Below, piece by piece: positions 58,668 to 64,000 of a DNA stretch of 64,000 nucleotides. The position numbers and the translations under genes were made by a program. Every line of letters starts with the position of its first letter. The first letter of the stretch is position 1. This stretch comes from an uncultured Bacilli bacterium (lineage in GTDB: Bacteria > Bacillota_I > Bacilli_A > ML615J-28 > CAG-313), in the NCBI GenBank assembly GCA_934140285.1, contig CAKPBI010000001.1, forward strand, positions 211,515-275,514. The letters are read 5' to 3'. A model generated the notes under the pieces. That model did not search any database. It saw nothing but the letters and a program-made list of their open reading frames with translations, and had not been told where the DNA came from.

Positions 58668-59918
58668 ATGAAACTAAATAAATATCGTAGTGATGAATAT
58701 GTACATTATTGGAATTCTGATGAAGTCGTAGAAATTCCTGAATATCATTTTGACAAGCAAAGTGTAAGAGGCGTATGGGTATCTACCGTAGCTAATATTG
58801 ATGTTCCTAAAGGCCTACCTGAAAATGAATATAAAGAATACTTAACAAAGATGATTGAAAATATTGCAAATTATAACATTAACACAATAATTTTCCAAGT
58901 TCGTCCTAACAATGATGCTTTCTATCCATCAAAACTAAATCCATGGTCTAGATATATAACGGGAGAAGAAGGTAAAGATCCTGGTTTTGATGTTTTAAAA
59001 TATGTCATTGAGGAAGCTAAAAAACATGATATTAAAGTACATGCTTGGATGAATCCATATAGAGTATCACAAGCATCATTAGATCAACTAAACATGACAA
59101 AAGAGGAATATTTAGCGACTCTTGCACCAAACAATTTTGCAAGACTTCATCCTGAACACACTATCTTAGATGGTGCTAATAAAATAATTCTTTCTCCAAG
59201 TCATCCCGAAGTAATTGATTTTGTTACTAAAACTATAATGGAAGTTGTTGACAACTACGATGTGGAAGGTGTTCACATAGATGATTACTTCTATCCATAT
59301 GCAAAAATCCCAGAAGAAAGAGAACAAGAAGATTATTTAAAATATCGTTTAGATGAAACACAATGCCTTGATGATTTTAGAAGAATGAATGTAAATAAAA
59401 TGATTAAGAACATTCATGATGCATTGAAAAATTCGTTTAGCAAAAATAATAAAAAAGTTTTATTTGGAATTAGTCCTTTCGCAATCTATCGTACAAATTC
59501 TGCTATTCTTGAAGGTGGTTGGGAAAAAGGATCATACAATGCTGCTGGTGCATTACAATGCTATAGTGAACTTTATTCCGATGTTTACCTTTGGATGAAG
59601 GAAAATTGGATTGATTATGTAGTACCTCAAGTATACTTCCCATTTGAAAGAAAAGATGTTACATACCATGATCTAACAAAATGGTGGAGTGATATTTGTA
59701 ATGAAACACATACGATTCTTTACATCGGTATGGGATTATATCAAATGGGTTCTAATGAAGTATGGCAAAATCCAAATGAAATTGAAAATCAATTAAGATT
59801 TAATTGTAATTTTAATAACGTTGCGGGGACAATCTTTTTCACATATCATGATCTTGTAAAAGGTCAAAATGAAATAAAAGATGAAGCATTAGATACGATT
59901 AAAAAATTATGGAAATAA
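58668..59918 (+). CDS. GHL10 paralog 3: catalytic domain only, with no signal peptide and no C-terminal anchor
   Basis: VRGVWVSTVAN, TIIFQVRPNNDAFYPSKLNPWS, DPGFDVLKYVIEE and EGVHIDDYFY; ATG 2 nt after the upstream stop. Confidence 0.7.
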   Translation: MKLNKYRSDEYVHYWNSDEVVEIPEYHFDKQSVRGVWVSTVANIDVPKGLPENEYKEYLTKMIENIANYNINTIIFQVRPNNDAFYPSKLNPWSRYITGEEGKDPGFDVLKYVIEEAKKHDIKVHAWMNPYRVSQASLDQLNMTKEEYLATLAPNNFARLHPEHTILDGANKIILSPSHPEVIDFVTKTIMEVVDNYDVEGVHIDDYFYPYAKIPEEREQEDYLKYRLDETQCLDDFRRMNVNKMIKNIHDALKNSFSKNNKKVLFGISPFAIYRTNSAILEGGWEKGSYNAAGALQCYSELYSDVYLWMKENWIDYVVPQVYFPFERKDVTYHDLTKWWSDICNETHTILYIGMGLYQMGSNEVWQNPNEIENQLRFNCNFNNVAGTIFFTYHDLVKGQNEIKDEALDTIKKLWK

Positions 59919-59922
59919 ACAA

Positions 59923-59952
59923 AGAGCATCCTAAATTGGATGCTTTTTTCTG
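59923..59952 (+). terminator. Rho-independent terminator
   Basis: AGCATCC-taaatt-GGATGCT followed by TTTTTTC. Confidence 0.85.
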
Positions 59953-59999
59953 CTTTTAGTGACAATTTTTGCTAATTTCATTTTTTTTAAGTTTATCAC

Positions 60000-60028
60000 T
60001 TGAATAAAAACGCTTACTTTGATATAAT
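60000..60028 (+). promoter_or_regulatory. Sigma-A promoter (TTGAAT-17-TATAAT with extended TG) of the GH20-like/SBP genes
   Basis: TTGAATaaaaacgcttactttgaTATAAT. Confidence 0.6.
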
Positions 60029-60078
60029 AAGTTAAGTAAATTGGGAAAAAAGCGCAAACCTTAAGGAGATGGCAAAAT

Positions 60079-61893
60079 ATGTATATAGTTCCTACCCCCA
60101 AGTCTTTCCAAACAACCTCTGGAAAATTCAATTTAAATCGTGAATTAACAATTAAAAACAATGAATTTTCTGAGAATTTAATTGAGATATTAAAGAAAGA
60201 TTTAAAGCTTAAAGACATAAAATTAAATAACGAGACATCATGTATAGATATAGAATTTATATACAGTAAAAAGTTAAAAAAAGAAGAATACTTAATAGTA
60301 GTTAATCCTAACAAAATTGAGATAACAGCATCAACTGAAGCTGGAATCTTTTATGGGATAAAAACATTAAAACAATGTGTTGAAAACAAAAACATTGAGT
60401 GTTTTGAGATAAAAGATTACCCTGATCTTGAAATCAGAGGGGCAATGATTGATATAAGTCGTTCAAAAGTTCCAACATTAAAAACTTTAAAAGAAATAGT
60501 TCAAATTTTATCAGATTTAAAATACAATCATTTAGAACTTTATGTTGAAGGCTTTTCATATGAGTATCAAAGTTTTAAAGATGTGTTAGTTGAAAAAAAT
60601 TATATAACGCTTAATGATTACCTTGAATTGGAAACGTTTACGGAAAAGAACTACATCGATCTTGTTCCAAATCAAAATGGCTTTGGTCATATGAATGCTT
60701 GGCTTATGAAAAAAGAATATCATGAACTAGCTGAATGCCCTGATGGATTTACTATATGGGGATCTCATCGCTCTTCAAGTACTTTAGATCCAACCAATCC
60801 TAAGAGTTTTAAACTTGTGAAAAAGATGTATGATGATATGCTACCACATTTCAAATCAAAATATTTTAATATGAATTTTGATGAACCTTATGAATTAGGT
60901 CACGGAAAAAGCAAAGAAGCATGTGAAAAAACATCAGTTGCGGATGTATACATTGATTTTTTACTACCACTTTATAAGGTAGTTAAAAAATATAAAAAGA
61001 CGCCACTTATGTGGGGTGATGTATTAATTCATCATCCTGAGGCTTTAAATCGTTTACCAAAAGATTTAATCTTTGTAGATTGGGGTTATAACTTAAATTA
61101 TGACTTTGAATCACATGGGAAAATGCTTAGGGAACACGATGTAAAATTTATGATGGCTCCAGGAACTTCAACATGGAGTACCATCACTTCTAGATACTAT
61201 GATATGGTTGGTTCAATAAAAAATAGTTCAGAAGCAACCAAAAAGTATCAAGGACTTGGTCTTTTAGTTACTGATTGGGGTGACATTGGTCATTTACAAT
61301 ATTTGCCATTTAGTTATCCAGGATTTATCTATGGATCTGAATGTGCATGGTCAAAGCCAAATGAAGAAATAATTAAACCATATCTTGATAAATTAGTTGG
61401 TCCTATTTCTTCAAATGCAATTTTAAAACTTGCTACATACACTACTCTTGAAGGTGAGTATCGTGACTATGGTAGCAGATTGTTCAGCGCAATTTTATGG
61501 GCTGAACACTCACAAAATCAAGGAGATCAAATTAAATACTTCTTGGAAAAAATGAAATCAAATCTAATTGAAGATAAAAACCTAAAACAATTAGAAACGA
61601 TGTTTAATGATGTAATAAGAGATATTCGTTTAGAAGACACTTTAGTTAAAGGAGAAATTGAAAACAGCATAAATTTACTTTTAACTTTAGTTGATATTCA
61701 ACGCAATCTAAAAAAAGTGCTTTTCAATGATGAACACAACGTATTTGAAAAAGACATCTTAATTCTTAATGCTTTTATTAAAAAACATCATGAATTATGG
61801 TCAATCAGAAACGTTGAAGCTGGGTTTATTCCTAGCAGTAATCGTATTAAATGGCTAATTAATATTTTGACAGCTATAGATGGAAGGAGATAA
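60079..61893 (+). CDS. GH20-like beta-N-acetylhexosaminidase-family protein (cytoplasmic) with divergent catalytic motifs
   Basis: RGAMIDISRSKVP..LKYNHLELYVEG parallels RGxMLDxxR..N.LHLHLTDD of GH20; NMNFDEPYE lies at the H-x-GGDE position; RBS TAAGGAG. Confidence 0.5.
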   Translation: MYIVPTPKSFQTTSGKFNLNRELTIKNNEFSENLIEILKKDLKLKDIKLNNETSCIDIEFIYSKKLKKEEYLIVVNPNKIEITASTEAGIFYGIKTLKQCVENKNIECFEIKDYPDLEIRGAMIDISRSKVPTLKTLKEIVQILSDLKYNHLELYVEGFSYEYQSFKDVLVEKNYITLNDYLELETFTEKNYIDLVPNQNGFGHMNAWLMKKEYHELAECPDGFTIWGSHRSSSTLDPTNPKSFKLVKKMYDDMLPHFKSKYFNMNFDEPYELGHGKSKEACEKTSVADVYIDFLLPLYKVVKKYKKTPLMWGDVLIHHPEALNRLPKDLIFVDWGYNLNYDFESHGKMLREHDVKFMMAPGTSTWSTITSRYYDMVGSIKNSSEATKKYQGLGLLVTDWGDIGHLQYLPFSYPGFIYGSECAWSKPNEEIIKPYLDKLVGPISSNAILKLATYTTLEGEYRDYGSRLFSAILWAEHSQNQGDQIKYFLEKMKSNLIEDKNLKQLETMFNDVIRDIRLEDTLVKGEIENSINLLLTLVDIQRNLKKVLFNDEHNVFEKDILILNAFIKKHHELWSIRNVEAGFIPSSNRIKWLINILTAIDGRR

Positions 61894-61896
61894 AAT

Positions 61897-64000
61897 ATGA
61901 AGAGAATTAGAAAAGTATTTATTTTTACCTTAATATTTCTTTGTGCATCTTACTTTCTTTTAAATGCTAGTGGCGTTGTAAAAAGTCATGTATATGCTGA
62001 TGATAATACAACAACAACAACTGGTACTACCTCAAGTTCTACCTCGAGTAATGGAGCTTACAGCAAATATTTAGAAGAAAAGAAAGCACACCACTTAGAA
62101 ACATATGGTAATGAGGATTATTATCCTCAAGGAGTAGAAATAATAGCTAATGCTGATAACTATGATGCTGAACATAGTGATACTGATAAATCAGGCGTTA
62201 GACCATATGACTATGAAGTAACTGAAGGAACTGATAAAGGTTCAAGACCTTATGTGGTTGATAATGCTAGTGATGAACTTAAAAATTCTAAACTAATTTA
62301 TCAAGAAGATTCAGGAAGTGTTTCACTTGCGTTTAACGTTCAAAAAGCTGGTTTCTATTCAATTTATCTAGATTATTTTACAGTTAAGGGATATAGTTCA
62401 TCAATTGAAAGAGGCATTAAAATTAATGGTGAAACACCTTTTGAAGGTACTGAAGCCTTAACCTTCTCACGTGTTTGGAAAGATTCTGAAGAATCTTTTG
62501 AAGATGGAAATTTCAAATCTGATACAAGAGGTAACCACTTAAAACCAAAACAAGTTGAAGAACATACATATACAGGAACATACATAAGAGACTATATGTA
62601 TTATGAAACAACCCCATATCAATTTTACTTTGAAGAAGGTTTAAATTATATTACATTTGATGCAGTAAAAGAACCACTTGTAATATATAAGTTAACTGTT
62701 GAAACAGCTGTTGAACAAAAAGTTTATAAGGATTATCTAAATGATTTATTAAAAACTTATCCAAATAATAATTTAACTAATTCATCATATAGATTTGAAG
62801 CAGAAAGAAGTTTATACAAATCTTCTCCTACTCTATATCCAACAACTGACCGTTCAAGTTCTTTAACAGAACCTTTCTCTTATACTAAGACTTACCTAAA
62901 CGCAATCGGTGGTACTAGTTGGAAAGTATTAGGTGATTGGATTGAATGGGAGTTCACAGTTCCTGAAGATGGTTATTATAATATTTCAATGCGTGCTAAA
63001 CAAAATATGGTAAGAGGAATGTACTCAAGCCGTATGGTTTATATTGATGATGAAATATTATTCGATGAACTAAATGACGTTCAATTCGCTTATAGTGGAA
63101 AATGGCAAAATGTAACATTAGGAAATGAAGATGGAGACTTCCTATTCTACTTTAAAGCAAAAGATGAAAGCGGAAATGCAATCAAACATACAATTCGCAT
63201 GGAAGTAACATTAGGTGAATATGCATCATTAATTAGTCGTATTCAAGATGTTGTAACAAAATTAAATAACTTATATCGTTCAATTATTAGTTATACAACT
63301 GTTACTCCAGATGCTAATCGTGACTATCAATTACATGTTCGTTTCCCTGAATATGCAGGCGAAGATGGATTAATCGCTCAATATCGTAATGAACTTCAAG
63401 ATATTTCTGATAATATTACTAGAATCTCTGGAACAAAGAGTGATAAAACTGGTGTTATCGATAGCGTAGTTGTTCAATTGACTGACTTCTTAAAAGATAA
63501 CCTTCGTTCAATTCCTAATCGTTTAAGTACATTCTCCAATAACATTTCATCTCTTGGTACCATTCTTAATGATTTAAGAGAATTACCATTAATGATTGAT
63601 TATATTGAAGTACATACTCCAGATGTAAAAATCCAAAAACCAAATGAAAGTTTCTTCCGTGGCATGTGGGATGGCGTTGTTTCATTCTTCCTATCATTCT
63701 TTATTGATTATTCATCAATTAGTAAAACTGTTGAAGGCGGAAATACTCAACGTACAATTGAAGTTTGGATGACTCAAGGTCGAGACCAAGCTAATGTTAT
63801 AAGAAACTTAATTGATACTGACTTTACTCCAAAAACCAACATTAACGTTGAATTAAAACTAACGGCAGCCGATGTATTGTTAAAAGCAACACTTGCGGGA
63901 ATCGGTCCAGATGTTGCTTTAAACGTTGATTCAAGTTTACCTGTTAACTATGCCTTAAGAAATGCCGTACTTGACCTATCATCATTCATTTATGAACTTG
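61897..64000 (+). CDS. Large secreted protein, 3'-partial: signal peptide, Thr-rich linker, N-terminal region of about 560 aa of unknown fold, then a domain with an ABC-type solute-binding-protein signature
   Basis: ORF open to the window end (not in the track); RBS GGAAGGAG; N-terminal MKRIRKVFIFTLIFLCASYFL; late segment IEVWMTQGRDQANVIRNLIDTDFTPKTNINVEL resembles family-1 SBPs. Confidence 0.55.
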   Translation, partial: MKRIRKVFIFTLIFLCASYFLLNASGVVKSHVYADDNTTTTTGTTSSSTSSNGAYSKYLEEKKAHHLETYGNEDYYPQGVEIIANADNYDAEHSDTDKSGVRPYDYEVTEGTDKGSRPYVVDNASDELKNSKLIYQEDSGSVSLAFNVQKAGFYSIYLDYFTVKGYSSSIERGIKINGETPFEGTEALTFSRVWKDSEESFEDGNFKSDTRGNHLKPKQVEEHTYTGTYIRDYMYYETTPYQFYFEEGLNYITFDAVKEPLVIYKLTVETAVEQKVYKDYLNDLLKTYPNNNLTNSSYRFEAERSLYKSSPTLYPTTDRSSSLTEPFSYTKTYLNAIGGTSWKVLGDWIEWEFTVPEDGYYNISMRAKQNMVRGMYSSRMVYIDDEILFDELNDVQFAYSGKWQNVTLGNEDGDFLFYFKAKDESGNAIKHTIRMEVTLGEYASLISRIQDVVTKLNNLYRSIISYTTVTPDANRDYQLHVRFPEYAGEDGLIAQYRNELQDISDNITRISGTKSDKTGVIDSVVVQLTDFLKDNLRSIPNRLSTFSNNISSLGTILNDLRELPLMIDYIEVHTPDVKIQKPNESFFRGMWDGVVSFFLSFFIDYSSISKTVEGGNTQRTIEVWMTQGRDQANVIRNLIDTDFTPKTNINVELKLTAADVLLKATLAGIGPDVALNVDSSLPVNYALRNAVLDLSSFIYEL

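Noticed and set aside
59931-60314. 127-aa minus-strand ORF
   Set aside because: It overlaps the terminator, the promoter and the 5' end of the GH20-like gene. It has no RBS and a hydrophobic low-complexity translation, so it is spurious.
1-64000. CRISPR arrays, tRNA/rRNA genes, transposases, integrases, phage genes
   Set aside because: All intergenic regions over 60 nt were inspected. None shows a tRNA cloverleaf signature, repeat-spacer periodicity or recombinase motifs.

Overview
This is a 64-kb chromosomal window from a low-GC (about 30% GC), standard-code, endospore-forming Firmicute. The sporulation genes gerE, a yjcZ-like gene, ylbD/ylbE, a kapD-like gene and cvfB, together with very abundant Listeria-Bacteroides (LB, Flg_new) repeat surface proteins, tentatively suggest an Erysipelotrichia/Coprobacillus-like lineage. 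Core genes present are rimP-nusA-ylxR-ylxQ-infB-rbfA, uvrC, gerE, RNase J, def, a trxA/trxB-like pair, tyrS with a T-box leader, and rpsP-KH...rimM-trmD...rplS, whose conserved operon is interrupted twice by accessory DNA. The accessory content has four parts. (1) Two giant LB-repeat surface proteins each end in a MurNAc-L-Ala amidase (amidase_2) domain; the 2516-aa lipoprotein also carries Big_2 domains, a glycerophosphodiester-phosphodiesterase-like domain with an H-A-G motif variant, and two right-handed beta-helix modules. (2) An M6-like HEXXH metalloprotease lipoprotein with an OB-fold. (3) An ArsR plus P1B-type metal ATPase cassette fused upstream of rimM. (4) A tyrS-linked cluster of a class-C serine hydrolase, a PIG-L deacetylase, three tandem GHL10 (YngK-like) paralogs, an M19 dipeptidase, a GH20-like hexosaminidase and a large solute-binding protein. 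Two of the three GHL10 paralogs carry an unusual KGCNCKK-TM-RKR C-terminal anchor. I propose this cluster as a cell-wall/amino-sugar foraging or remodelling system. No CRISPR, tRNA, rRNA, transposase or integrase was detected. Hand-indexed coordinates of regulatory elements carry about 2 nt uncertainty.
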